This document shows, piece after piece, positions 1-13,038 of a DNA stretch of 64,000 nucleotides. A program made the translations under genes and the position numbers. This DNA comes from the human T2T-CHM13v2.0 reference genome, Homo sapiens, in NCBI RefSeq assembly GCF_009914755.1, contig NC_060927.1; one strand, given 5' to 3'. The notes beneath the pieces are model-generated. The model saw nothing but the letters and a program-made list of their open reading frames with translations. It was not told the origin of the DNA and did no database searches. Within the stretch, counting starts at the first letter, position 1. Each line of letters opens with the position of its first letter.

Positions 1-689
1 TCAGGAAACAACAGATGCTGGCGAGGTTGTGGAGAAATAGGAACACTATTACACTGTTGGTGGGAGTGTAAATCAGTTCAACCATTATGGAAGACAGCAT
101 GGTAATTCCTCAAGGATCTAGAACCAGATATAACATTTGAACCAGCAATCCCATTACTGTGTAATATCCAAAGTATTATAAATCATGCTACTATAAAGAC
201 ACATGCACATATATGTTTATTGCAGCACCATTTTCAATAGCAAAGCCTTGGAACCAACCCAAATGCTTATCAATGATAGACTGTATAAAGAAGATGTGGC
301 ACATATACACCATGGAATACTATGCAGCCATAAAAAAGAATGAGTTCATGTCCTTTGCAGAGACATGGATGAAGCTGGAAGCCATCGTTCTCAGCAAACT
401 AACACAGGAACAGAAAACCAAACACCGCATGTTCTCACTCATATGTGGAAGTTGAACAATGAGAACACATGGACACAGGGAGGGGAACATCACCCACTGG
501 GGCCTATTGGGTGGTGGGTGGCAAAAGGAGGGAGAGCATTAGGACAAACACCTAATGCATGTGGGGCTTAAAACCTAGACAACGGGTGGATAGGTGCAGC
601 AAACCACCATGGCACATGTATACCTATGTAACAAACCTGCACGTTCTGAACATGTATACCAGAACTTACAGTAAAATAAAATAAAATAA
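1..689 (+). mobile_element. L1PA-type LINE-1 3' end (ORF2 C-terminus, 3'UTR, A-rich tail)
   Basis: KMWHIYTMEYYAAIKKNEFMSFA ORF2 remnant; primate L1 3'UTR; (A4T)n tail. Confidence 0.93.
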
Positions 690-1650
690 GTGGGCAAAGG
701 ACATGAATTGGCAACTCTCAAAAGAAGACATACAAATAGCCAACAAGTATATGAAAAAAAGTTCAACATCACTAATCATCAGAGAAATGCAAATCAAAAC
801 TACAGTGAGATATCATCTTACCCCAGTTAGAACAGCTATGATTAAAAGACAAAAAACTAACAGATGAGGATGTGGGTAAGAGGGAACTCATACACTGTTT
901 GTGGGAATGCAAATTAGTACAACTGCTGTGGAGAACCTTATGACGATTTCTCAAAAAAATAAAAATAGAACCACATGATCCAGCAATTCTGCTACTGGGT
1001 ATCTATCCAAAGAAAAAGAAATCAGTATAACAAAGGGATACTTGCACTCACATGTTTATTGCAGCACTGTTCACAAAAGCAAAGATATGGAATCAACCTT
1101 AGTGTACACCAACAAACAAATGAATTTTTAAAATGTAGTATATATATAAAATGAAACATTATTTGGCCATAAAAAAGAAAAAAATCACATCATTTATAGC
1201 AACATGGATGGAACTGGAAGGCATTATGTTAAGTGAAATAACCCAGGCATAGAAAGACAAATATTATGTGGTCTCACTCATACATGGGAGCTTAAAAAAA
1301 GTCAGTCTCATAAAGATAGAGAGTAGAATAATAGATACCAGAGTCCAGGAAGGGTGGGTGAGTGCAAGGGGGGATAAACAGGTAGGTTAACGGGTACAAA
1401 TGTATTGTTAGATGAAAGGTATGAGTTCCATCATTTGACAGCAGAATCGCGTGACTATAGTTAACAACAATGTATTGTCTATTTCAAAGTAGCTAGAAGA
1501 GAGTTCTCAACACATAGAACTGACAAATCCTCAAAGTGATGTGGGCACCTCAAATACCCTGACTTGATCATTACACATTCTATGTATGTAACAAAATACC
1601 ACATGTACCCCATAAATATGTAAAATATTATATAGCAGTATATTATAAAT
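690..1650 (+). mobile_element. Older L1 (L1MA-like) 3' end
   Basis: ORF2-like GGGCAAAGGACATGAA...AAGAAGACATACAA; L1MA-style 3'UTR ending CCCCATAAATATGTA. Confidence 0.85.
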
Positions 1651-3136
1651 AAATACTATTATAAAAGGATTTTTTTAAAGATTAGTTACCATTGTGTAAC
1701 TAGCAGTAACCCCAGGCTCAGGGATGATACTTTCCCTTGTCCTTTGAGATTTACTGTGAGGTATTTGCAGTGTTACCTTATCTGACTCTGGATTAACAAG
1801 TCTTTTCCAGTTTCAGATGCCATCTGGCAATTTCATTCTGAGAATGGGGGAGTAATCACAAATCAATCTTAGGAAAACACAGAAAGGAGGTGTCCACAAA
1901 TGTGATTTAGGGAAAAGCTGGAGTTGGGGTAAGTAAAATAGAAGAGGAACATTATCACCAATTGGGTAGACATTGAGAAATGAGTTGAAAGGGGTCACAC
2001 TTCACAAATGAGACTAAATTCCCAATAAGTCATATTTTCAGGGCAAAATTGAGTAGCATAACACGCTGAATGTCTTATCTACAACCATAATTGGACCAAG
2101 GACCCAAATTCCCACCCACCCCTCAATCTCATGCAGCCTTTAGTTAGTTGTGTTAATACAAATTGTGTATATTTAGTACATTTTCCTTTATTGTGTAATT
2201 GTCTTGCTGATCTGAGTAGAATTTGAGTCCCCAGGGAGAAGAGGACCACATGTCCTGTTAATTTTTTTAATTTCACCCTCCTGTCCTTCTTCACCACTTA
2301 CTTCCTCCCTTCCTTGCACACAGTACATGCTTACCATTTTGTTTATCAAATTGAATCTAAGCCTTCAACCCAACACTAAATCTCATGTTTGCAAAGAAAG
2401 GGCATAACAAGCCATATCAGAAAAGGTCCTGAGGTGTAATTCTTCTATAAGTCTAAAGTTAGAAGGGAAGAAAAAAAAGGAGGGATGATCCTGGCTATTT
2501 TAGCAAGGTTACATGGGGTGAGGCACAATGGAAAACCTTTATATTTAAGCCATCTTTTACCCAATGCCTTTAGAATAGAACTGAACATAACAAGCTGTCA
2601 GCAGCCACAGGATGACATAAAAGGATGCCCTTGATGTTCAACATTCCTGAATTCCATCTCATACTATGAAAGCAAAGAGATCTACAATTATCTCTTCCTA
2701 GTTTGAAGACTTCCAGGTACTGCTCATGTTACAAGCCAGTAACTTCATCCAGCCTAAGATGCTCCTTTAATCACTAAGAATTTTTAAACACCCTGAAAAG
2801 AGATCTCTCGACTTTAGAATTGTTGAGATCTTTTTCAACTAGTTGATGCCAACCAGTGCCCGGTTATTTTCCCTAACAATTTCTGCATCTAGTGCCTTCC
2901 CCCAAAGTATTGACCCAATAAATAGTCTACTGGGCATCTCTTGAAGAGTCCATGTGAGCTGGCTTTAAAAAAAAAAAGAACTTTATTTCCTAATACCACC
3001 TTATGCATAATGATTCTGTTATTACCATTGTTTCACTCCATTCAATCTAAGCAGAAAACAGTTGAAATATATATGTAACTTCAGGTTCTTTGCAGTGTTC
3101 ATTAATCTTTGAACAATCTTTGAATGTGTAATCGAG

Positions 3137-3246
3137 AACTGAACAGTGACTCAATTACATAACCTTGGTAAAGATTTTAGGCTTCTTGTATAACTGAACA
3201 GTGACCCAATTACATAACCTTGGTAAAGATTTTAGGCTTCTTGTAT
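3137..3246. repeat. 55-bp tandem duplication (2 copies, 1 mismatch)
   Basis: AACTGAACAGTGAC(T/C)CAATTACATAACCTTGGTAAAGATTTTAGGCTTCTTGTAT at 3137-3191 and 3192-3246. Confidence 0.97.
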
Positions 3247-4424
3247 CATCTGAGCCAGTCTAATAATCCTCTGCTTAAATTAAGTACAAAGGGATGACAG
3301 ATGCAGTCTCAATTCTGTATTGTTTTAAACAAAAGTAATGTATTGGACAGTCATTTAAGTCCAATACTTAAATACATAATACTAAATGACCCCATCTAAA
3401 AGATGGAGATATGAAGTCATCACTTAAGCACGTATTGAGTAGCTGACTCGTCATGGAGGACCTGTCAGAATGCTGTTCTACTTAAAATCAGCTATTGCAC
3501 TGGGCCAAGTCAGAGTTTTATTTTGATCAAGGTATTAAATTATTAATACTCCTATTTTTATTTTTCACCATAGAAATAATGTTTTTCCATTTTCACTGGG
3601 ATGGAATTCACATATCTCAATCAAATCACAACAAAGTGACAAGGAAGATTTAAGGTTCTTTATAGGCATTTTTCAGCTGATGCATCTGTGAAGAGTATGC
3701 GCCTCCTGAAAAGAGCAAAAGACAAGACCCTATAATGACACACTGTTAGGAGCCTCCTTTGCATCTGGCAGCAGCATACCCAGCTCTTCTATGAAGCAGC
3801 TCAGAACGGACAGAAAATTCGGACCTGACTGCAATCCAGCAACAATCAATGGCTCCCTGAAAACCCCTGATATTTGTGAGAGAGAATCCAGAGGACTTGT
3901 TAACTAATCCTTCCTCTACAGTCCCAACACTGCACCTGTGTTAAGAAGGCAAAGAAAGGAATGTTCGATTTGGTCCTGAAAAGAAACATCTTTATGAGGC
4001 TGTGGCTGGATGTTACACACTCATCCTTTCTTTCCTCAAGATCAAGGCTTGCGCAGTCCATTTAATCAGTCATTAAATCACTGCAAAAGTGCAGCATAAG
4101 AATGTTGTCCGTGGTGTTGTCCAATGTCTCTTTCATAAGGTCCCACACAATAAATTCCTCCTTGAGTATCCAAACTCAAAGAAAATAAAGAAAACATGAT
4201 AACGAGTGTTTTCCCATTTTTCCTTATCTGTCATAAAATTCAGCTAAATTCAGTACCTAATCAGTGATTTTAATGAGATCATCTGTAATGCCTACTCATT
4301 TGCCTCCTTCTTTCCTTTAATGACATGTTCAATCCTGTAAGATGTTTCAAATCATGTTCTAGAGACAAGATAGATGACATATGCCACTCTTCAGTAAAAG
4401 CCTGTTTTCCAGGAACAATCTTAC

Positions 4425-4523
4425 CTGCTTATGAGTCTATTTTTCACCAAGGCGGTAAAGATCTCCTGAAATAGTTTACGCTGAGGATGTTTGCTGAAAT
4501 TTCTCTCATTCTTGTAGTTTATA
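4425..4523 (-). CDS. NEK10: NEK10 exon 5 (99 nt; INYKNERNFSKHPQRKLFQEIFTALVKNRLIS)
   Basis: TTTTGTCTCAG acceptor, CAG|GTAAGA donor, frame continuous. Confidence 0.92.
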
Positions 4524-6242
4524 CTGAGACAAAACAAACAGAAAAGGATTTTGTAATAGAGATCAGGCTGTCTCAAAGTTGCCAGTGCAGACAAAGATCA
4601 TCTATATTCAGGTAACATTTTTATTATTACTAACCACTATACTAATGAGGATTCAGGCAAATATTGAAGGAGCCTTGCGTTTAACATGTTGCTAAAAGCA
4701 ACTATCAGCTGTTAAAATAAGAAGTAGAAATTCAATTATAAGGTTAAAAATAAAATATAGTCAAGCATATGTATTTCCTTTTATCATATTCATTAAATTA
4801 TTCCCTATAAACACTAATGGCTAAAATTGGTTGGAGGGAAGAAAAGGGTAAATGGAGAGAAAGAATGATTGGGGCACATTATTTAGACAGCTGTGTAACA
4901 GGAAGAGAAGAATTCCCTCTCCACTTTTCCACATACCCTCGACCCCACTGGCTGATCTTGCTATCAACACCAGTGGTTATCATTTATAATACCTTCTAGA
5001 TAAGAAGAGTTTATTAACACAGTTTATGCACCTTCAGCCATGTTGACTGTCACTGTTGATTGTTTATATGGTTTTGTGTGTGTGTTTAAAAAATTCTGAG
5101 ATATTCCAGCTTCAGCTTCTTTTTGCTGATCTTACAGCCCACCAAAGAGGTTAAAAATACCTCTAAAACATTCTATTTTAAAACTAGAAAAGGATAAGAA
5201 AAAATGAAAGGGTCACATTGCTACCAAATACATGATACAATATTTTTGTGCATAATTAAATAAAACTAATTTTCAGATCTAGAACAAATAAGCTGGAATT
5301 CCATGAACATACAACCTCAAAGGAAAGGTGTGTAACCTTATGTTGCCATGCGTAATGTTCTGCCTTCTCAGTCTTTCAGATGCCATTGGACAGCATGTCC
5401 CCATCCTAGTCACCTGAGGGCTGTAATGGTTTCTTAGTACACGGGCACTGGTACTCACTATATGACAATTTTTTAAGTATTTAAGTGTTCCTCACTAAAA
5501 ATATATTTTTAAAATATGAACACATGAAATGTCATGTAACTTTCCCATACTATTAAATTTGTTGTCATAAGATGACAGGGAAACAAAAACAAAATCTAGG
5601 CCAAATAAACAAATGATCCTTCTAGAATATTCATATTGATATTTCATGCCACTCACTATTTACATGGTACTTAGTGCCAAATGACCCAAGCACACTGTAA
5701 AACTGAGAGAACCAGCTCCCGAGAGGGGAGTGGCCCACAAGAATGTGTAGCTTTGCAGAGGTCTGCTTGGCAACAGAGATGAACATTACCTGACACTTTC
5801 AATGTTAGAGGTGTGCCGCAAGCCCTTCAACTGAAAACCTCAGTTGTTTTGACAACGATATACTTTAACCACCACATCTGTTCACAGCAACGGCTCCTTT
5901 TATGCCATCTCATTACTGGCAAGATCTAGACAGACAAAGATTGGGACAAGCCTAACCAGGTCAATAATCTGGAACCACTTCCTCATTGAGCAATGCCAAA
6001 CGCATGTCAGCATAGGGTCCTAAATCTCCCAGGTCAGTTCCACCTGTACCCATTAAACCTGTTATTTACATATTATTTCTGGGAATGGTTTAAGCACTAA
6101 CTGAAAATATTAAATTAAGAATCGGTAAATATGGTAAATTTTGAAGCGGGTTTTAAATTTTAGCTCCTGGGATAAACTTAAATAAAACTGTGAGCTAAGC
6201 AGAATAAGTTGCTGAAGACGAAGGAGATGCTGGATTTCTTAC

Positions 6243-6373
6243 CTAAAATTTTCAAGTTCAACAGCTTCTGTGGATTCATGCCACTGACCCCGAGCTCTGT
6301 GTCCACCCGCCCTGATGGCGGGCTCAGACTTCGTCATGCTATTTTGGGCACTATCGAAGTTAATGGCTGGAAG
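6243..6373 (-). CDS. NEK10: NEK10 exon 4 (131 nt; LPAINFDSAQNSM...AVELENF)
   Basis: TTTCTGTAG acceptor, AG|GTAAGA donor, local CpG retention typical of coding DNA. Confidence 0.93.
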
Positions 6374-7389
6374 CTACAGAAATAGAAGCATAGAGTACAT
6401 GAGGATCACAATTCAGCACGGGATAAAGAAAGTAACAAAATATGGGGAGGATGAAGAGACTGAGATTTTTTCCAGGCCAATAATTAAGATAACAACCCTT
6501 TCAAATGTAAGGGTTTTCCAAGATTCAAATCAAGTGTCTTTGACTTAAACATCTACCTTACACTGTTTTATTTTTCTTCATAGCTTGTAACACCACTTGT
6601 CATATCTGACAGTTATTTATGTACTTTTAGTCTCCCTTGATTACAATGTCACGTCAACACAAGCAGGAACTTGCCTGTTTTTGTTCAATGCTATTACCCC
6701 AGCACCTAAAACAGATATAGGTTTGGGGTGACACCTGGGCATCAGGAGGTTTTGAAGTTTCTCATGTGATTCAAACGTGCAAGCTGACTAGAGAGCTCCT
6801 GGATCCAGGTAGAACACTCTGATATAGAGCAGAGTGCCCAAATTGAGAATGAGTCATCATACATTCATTCATTCTTCAATATTTACCAGGTGTACACACT
6901 ATTTTCCTGGTGTTAGGGATATAACAATAAAGAAGATTCTACCACTTTTAATCAGTCTGAACATCCTGATTACTCAATCATATTTATAAAAGACATTAAA
7001 ATATATTATCAAATTTACCATAAGTAAAAATTTAACTACAACAACTTCACTATGCTTCACTTGCAATAATAAATTGTCAGGTTATCAGTATTCAAATAGT
7101 TTCACTTACCAGTATTTGTCTATAATTGGGGTAACCCTAAGGTTTCTGATAACACAATAAAGTTGGGCATGGTATAGACAAATATCCTGTTTTTTCCAAA
7201 GTACAAATGAAGGACGTTCTATAATTAGCTAAATTATTACAGATGAGGTAAGCAGAGTATAACATAACAAAAAAATCATTTTTCAGTAAATTTTTCCATT
7301 TTATATATTACCAAAGTTATAATATGTTGCACTTGTTGTCTTATTTCACTGAAGTATTTAATGTAAATCAGTATGAAGACATCATTTTC

Positions 7390-7685
<296 letters not shown>

Positions 7686-7929
7686 GACATCATTTTTTTA
7701 TTCAAAGAGAATATGCCTGACTTTTTATAATGTCAGCTTACAGAAAAATGGATTATAATAAAGACATTGTTTAATAGTTAACAAAAAAACTAAAATCCTT
7801 TTTTATCATATGCCAGCCACAGTCAGATTTTCAAAATGTTAATAATAAATCTTCCATCCTATAAAACTACTTTTCTATCTCAATTCGGTCAGCCAATCTA
7901 CAACCACCAAAAGACAATAGGCTGAGCCA

Positions 7930-8160
7930 GCAATGCTTAGTGGTTAAGAGAACAAATTCCCTGGCCAGATTCTATGAGTTTAAATCTACCATTAACTAGC
8001 TGCATAATCTTAGAAAATTTACTCAATCTCTCTGTGCATCAGTTTCTGTATCATTAAAATGGAAATAATAATAGTATATAACTCTAGGGTTATGAAAATT
8101 GCATGAGTTACTATTTATAAAACACTTGTTATGTGTCAAGCATAGTTCTAATTGCTTTGT
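7930..8160 (+). mobile_element. MIR
   Basis: TAGTGGTTAAGAG...CTCTCTGTGCATCAGTTTCTGTATCATTAAAATGG core. Confidence 0.7.
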
Positions 8161-11100
8161 ACATACTCTTTTAATCCTCATAATTATTCCTATTATACAG
8201 ATGAATTTTGCTAAACGAATAAAATTTGTCATTACAAATTAGGTGATTTCTGAATATGAACTAGTAATCCAAATGATATCTAACATGAAGTAGCAGCACA
8301 AGCAAATTTTCCCATATTATACTCAAAATATCATGATATACCGCATAAAAGAAGTAGGTTTTCCAGGCCCAAGAGATTCTAAACCCCCTTACCATTAGTA
8401 CAACCCCTAGAAAAGTTTGCAAGAGAGAAATTAGCCAGCACAGAGAAAGCAAGCCCAGGTGATTCCAAGAGAGGAGTGGAAAGCTGCCGCAGCTTGCAGC
8501 CATTCCCTTTGCAGGCAGAGCAGGTGGCCTGTATCGGAAATCAACTCATGGAAAACGGGTGGATAAGATGGATTTGGCATCGATAGTTGCAAAGACCAGG
8601 AACCTAATAGTAGGCACCTTGAAGCAAGTAGCACTTCATATGAAAGAAATGTACATTCAGAATCCGGTTCAAAACCTAGAGTCTTTTCTCTTGGGTCCCC
8701 AGTTTGTCTATCTTCTGTGTGTCTGATCTCTCCACACCTGGGCATCTGCAGCCTGTTACTCCTGATCTTGGGTCAGGGTGTGACTTAACCTCCTGACAAG
8801 CACTTGCCCAGGCCTTCCTGGATAGAGTTGTTCATTCCTTTCCTGGTGGCAATACCATGCTTACCTCTCTTTCAAAACTTATCTCAGGCTAGTATAATGT
8901 ATAGCTTACGCAACATCCTTTCCCCTTGAATTTGGCCACCCTGAGGGCAGCATCACATCTATTAATCTTTGTGTTCTTAGCACCTCTCACAGAGCTGGGC
9001 ATATTGTAGGTATTCAAATGTGAAGCTGTGGAACAAATGCTCACTTTGTTCCCAGTCTCTTTGCCAAACTAATTCATCTGCTAAACCACCTTCAGAAAAG
9101 TTCATCCATTAATTCAGTGTATTTGTTGCAGACACATCATATACCAGACATTGCGTGAGACACTGTATATATACAGTAAGCAGAACAGTCATGGTCTCTT
9201 GTCTTCAAGGAGCTTACAGTCCCATGGGTCACGGAAGGGGGTTGCAGTCCATGGACCAGAATGTCAAGAAAGTCGTGTCACTTCTGCTTGCAAACTTCAA
9301 CGTTCTCTGTTGCTGATGGAATCAAGTCCAAAATTCACAGATAGGCTTTCAGACATTACATAGTGTCTTCCAGCTTTATTTATCGAATAGAAATGTCTAG
9401 TCACCCTTTTACTTAAATGCTTGTCATTTTCCTTCCTTCAGATATTTGATTATTTTACTCACTTCACCTAGAATGCCCTTTCTATCAATTCCACTGACGG
9501 AAAAGCAGCCTATTTTTTAAGAACCACCTCCTTCCCTGTCATTCAAGCTAAAATTGGCTTCCTATTCCTCAAAAGCTATATGCTCACTGCATGCATCATT
9601 CAACCAGGATGGTGTCTTGCCTTATACCATAATTATCTGTGCCTACTCCCGCTCTCTCAAAACATAAGAACCACCACCATGCCTTATACGTGTTCTTTCT
9701 ACAGCATCTATCAAAACCTTTATTTCAAGACAATTAATAAGCCCATAACAAATTAATTTTCTTCTTTCTTCCATCTTTTTTTAAAATTCCAAATAAATTC
9801 CTTAGCTTCCTATGGCTCTAAATGTGGAGGAAGAAAATAATCTGAATTCCAGGTCTCATCAGGTTGCTTCAAGATTTGTGAAAAGCTCTGGTGACATCTC
9901 CAATCAGCTTTGTAGTTTCACTTTGCCTCAGTAATCCTGGGGCAGTTCTTTCTCTTGAGTTATTGGGTTTTCCTGGATTATGATTATTCTAAGCCTGCTC
10001 ATCCTGAAGGAGGCCTTTCTGCCTCTGTGTGTCTCTGTCTCCAGTTCTGTCACATTATGAGACTGTCCTAGAGATATGCAGAGATACACAGAGTGTAGGT
10101 CAGGACAAAGAACAAAAGTAGAACACTGGAACACAATGGAACAACAGGGGAAGTAGCCTCGCTCCTTAGAGATCCAGAGGAAGGGCATTCAGTTCTCTGC
10201 ACTCTCTACCCACAAGGTAGATTTCCTCTGTAACCTGAATTTGGCCAGCCTGGTTCATTTGCCAAAAACAGGCCACAACTTGTTAGCGCAGAAATGCAGC
10301 TGAGTGGGCCTTAATCACAGGTTTCACTTTTCAAATTGAGTACTGAAAATCTCCGAACCAAATATGTTGCCCATGTGTATATTTTGTTGAGCATTTCTGC
10401 TTGACCCCAACTCTACTTTGCTCCCAACCCTTGTTTTTCTCTTATTTTGGGCCCTGGTTTTAATGTATGACAACCTATCACACTTTCTGTCTCTTTATAA
10501 GCTCTTAATGACTCTTTCTGGAACAAGCAAAGTATAAATAAGTGTAACTTGAGTTATTTTCTCCAATATCTTCCCTCCCTATAAATGTCTCCACATTATT
10601 TTACCAAAAGGAGAACAGGGTAACATTTCTTATTTCAAAATTACAAATGAATGAAACTTTTATAAACACAATTAGGCATTAATTTTGTAAACCTAAGGAT
10701 CTTCATTAAATTGACAGTATTTTTATTTTTTTAGCACCATCTATTTTCTGAATAACTGAAGCATTACAAATATACATTTTTGTACATGTGAAAGATTTTA
10801 CAAAAATATATGCCATGTAAAGTTGTCCCACAACAGATTGCAAATTTGAAAATTGGTTAAAGGGGGAAAAAAATCACTAAATTAACTTTAATTAAGCCTG
10901 CCAGGTGTTATCAAGCAAGCGGTGTTGAAAGGGCACACGAGAGATCCAGTCAGCATAAACTTCAAAGTTGGAAAATTAGAGCCAGAAAAACTATATTGGT
11001 TTTTGGTTTTGGTTTTTTTTGTTTTTTGCCCTGGCTAGGAGGTTATACATCCTCATGTGGTGACCCATTTCTCAAGTCACAATTCAATTTAGCAAAATCT

Positions 11101-11539
11101 GGCCAAGAACTCATCAAATATAGTGAACCAGAGGCAAAAGTCAAAGTTGCTGGCATTAGGAAATACAAGATCTTGTCAGGAAATAAGACACGTAAACAAG
11201 AGTTTCCAAAGCGCAGGAGAAAATAATGCCACAGCAGTAAAAGAAGGAGCCTTGGGAAGACAGAGATCACCTCTAGAATGGAAACTATAAGGAGGTAATA
11301 TCATTAGAGTTGGGTCTTGGAAATGGGTGAGATTTTATAAGAAAGAAATTTAGGAGAAGGAAATAGTAAAAGCAAAAAGTAGAAGTCTTTGATATTATGG
11401 TTACATCACAGGATGTACAGTGGGAAAGAATGGGCACTACACTCCAAACTGTATGCCTAGCCATCTTGTTTGCCTCTTTAAGAAAGAACGGACTTAATTT
11501 TGCAAGTCATTTAACAGGTATCTCAGTATTTAGAAGCAC

Positions 11540-11740
11540 ACACTGCAAAGATAGGGTGTCTGGGTTCAGAACTAGACTTCACCAATTAGGAGGCTGTATG
11601 ATCTTGGGAAAGTCACTTGATTTCTTTGTGGCTGTTTCCTCATCTGTAAAAATGGGAGTTGTAATTATTAAGCAGGGTAATGCAGGTAAAGCAGCGGGCA
11701 CATAGAAAGTGTTCCCTAAATACGAACTATCATTATTTGG
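11540..11740 (+). mobile_element. MIR
   Basis: GTTTCCTCATCTGTAAAAATGGGAG core. Confidence 0.75.
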
Positions 11741-12620
11741 CTTTTACATGCCATCAAATCATTTTCCAGTATAAGCAGATAAAAATGCTATAGTTCTCTG
11801 GTAAATGTGATTGATATAACAAAAACTGTCAGGGCTGGATTACCAAACACCAGAGCTCTTAAACAGATTTACTTAAGCAAGAACAATGTAGACTTTAGAG
11901 CCAGACTACCAGGGTTCAAGTCCCATCCCTTCCATTTATGAGTTAAGGTGCTAAATAAGTGTCTGCTATTTTCATTATTATTAGCATTGCTATGCTGTTC
12001 CCCAAGCCTCCCTGGATGGCCTCTAATGTCATCACTTTCCAAAGTCTCACAGGTGCAAAACCAAAATGAAAAGTTTGGAGATAAATTCAAGCAGAAGTAC
12101 CATTTTTTCTCTAATAAGAACATGAAAATGCTACTATAAAAATAGCCAAAAATCACTCCTTGCCCCTCTGTTTGGTGAGGTACATTGTGCAGCAGCCTCA
12201 AGAGTGGCACTGTAGCAAGGGGGCAGGATTGGGAAGAGTAAGGGGGAAGGAGGAGAAAAATGTGGTAGAAAGTGCTTTGAAAATAACAATTTCCCTAAAG
12301 CTCAGAAAACCAAAGGTTGGCCGTTCAGTAAAAGAGTATGCAGTTTGTTTACAGACCGAAGAGGAAAGGGTTTGCTAAGTAGGACACAGGGTGAGAAGCA
12401 TAGGCTAAAGCAGGGCCTGGCCTGAGAGACGAATGTGGATGCCAAATCTTGGCAAAGCCTGAACCAGGTGTCAGAGAAACAGCCAGATGAAGAAAGAGCA
12501 AAGATGTGAATAATGAGCAAAGAAAAGCAGACATATCATTCATAGATATGTTAAATGGAGCCCTTTGGAAACATATGATTTTTCTTTTATTACCAAGTGA
12601 ACATTCTTTGAAAACGCTAC

Positions 12621-12681
12621 CTGTTGTTTGCTTGATTGGACGTTCAAAAGGCACCGAAGTCTTTTAAGATCTGAATAGTCC
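12621..12681 (-). CDS. NEK10: NEK10 exon 3 (61 nt; DYSDLKRLRCLLNVQSSKQQ)
   Basis: TTCTCTCTCCTAG acceptor, CAG|GTAGCG donor, frame continuous. Confidence 0.92.
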
Positions 12682-12967
12682 CTAGGAGAGAGAATAACAC
12701 AATGTGAACCCACAGAAGGCTCCAGGTGAACAAGATCGTGTTACCCACTGATGGCATTGCCACTTGGAGGCCTGCTTTTATCAACTGGAATGAATACACA
12801 CACTAAACATTTTCTTTAGAACACTAGAAATGACCAGATGTTTCAGTAAGCACTGTAACTCTGAATAGTAGTTGTCAAGAGTCTTCTCTATTTCTCAAAA
12901 AGCCATTAAATCTGTTCAATGGCCACTGCCTGAGTTAACAATTAGCAAACACTCAGTAGGGAGTTAC

Positions 12968-13038
12968 CTGATGGTGATTTCTTGCTGTTTATCAGTTGAT
13001 TTTTCTGTGGTCTTCACCTTTTTATCTTGATCAGGCAT
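12968..13038 (-). CDS. NEK10: NEK10 first coding part of exon 2 (exon 12968-13075; MPDQDKKVKTTEKSTDKQQEITI)
   Basis: TTTTAAAG acceptor before 13075; ACAATG start at 13038; AG|GTAACT donor; recognised NEK10 N-terminus. Confidence 0.92.

Noticed and set aside
213-954. ORFs at the left edge
   Set aside because: Degraded L1 ORF2/3'UTR sequence or its antisense.
6315-6548. + strand ORFs overlapping exons (also 39360..39599)
   Set aside because: Antisense shadows of real NEK10 and SLC4A7 exons.
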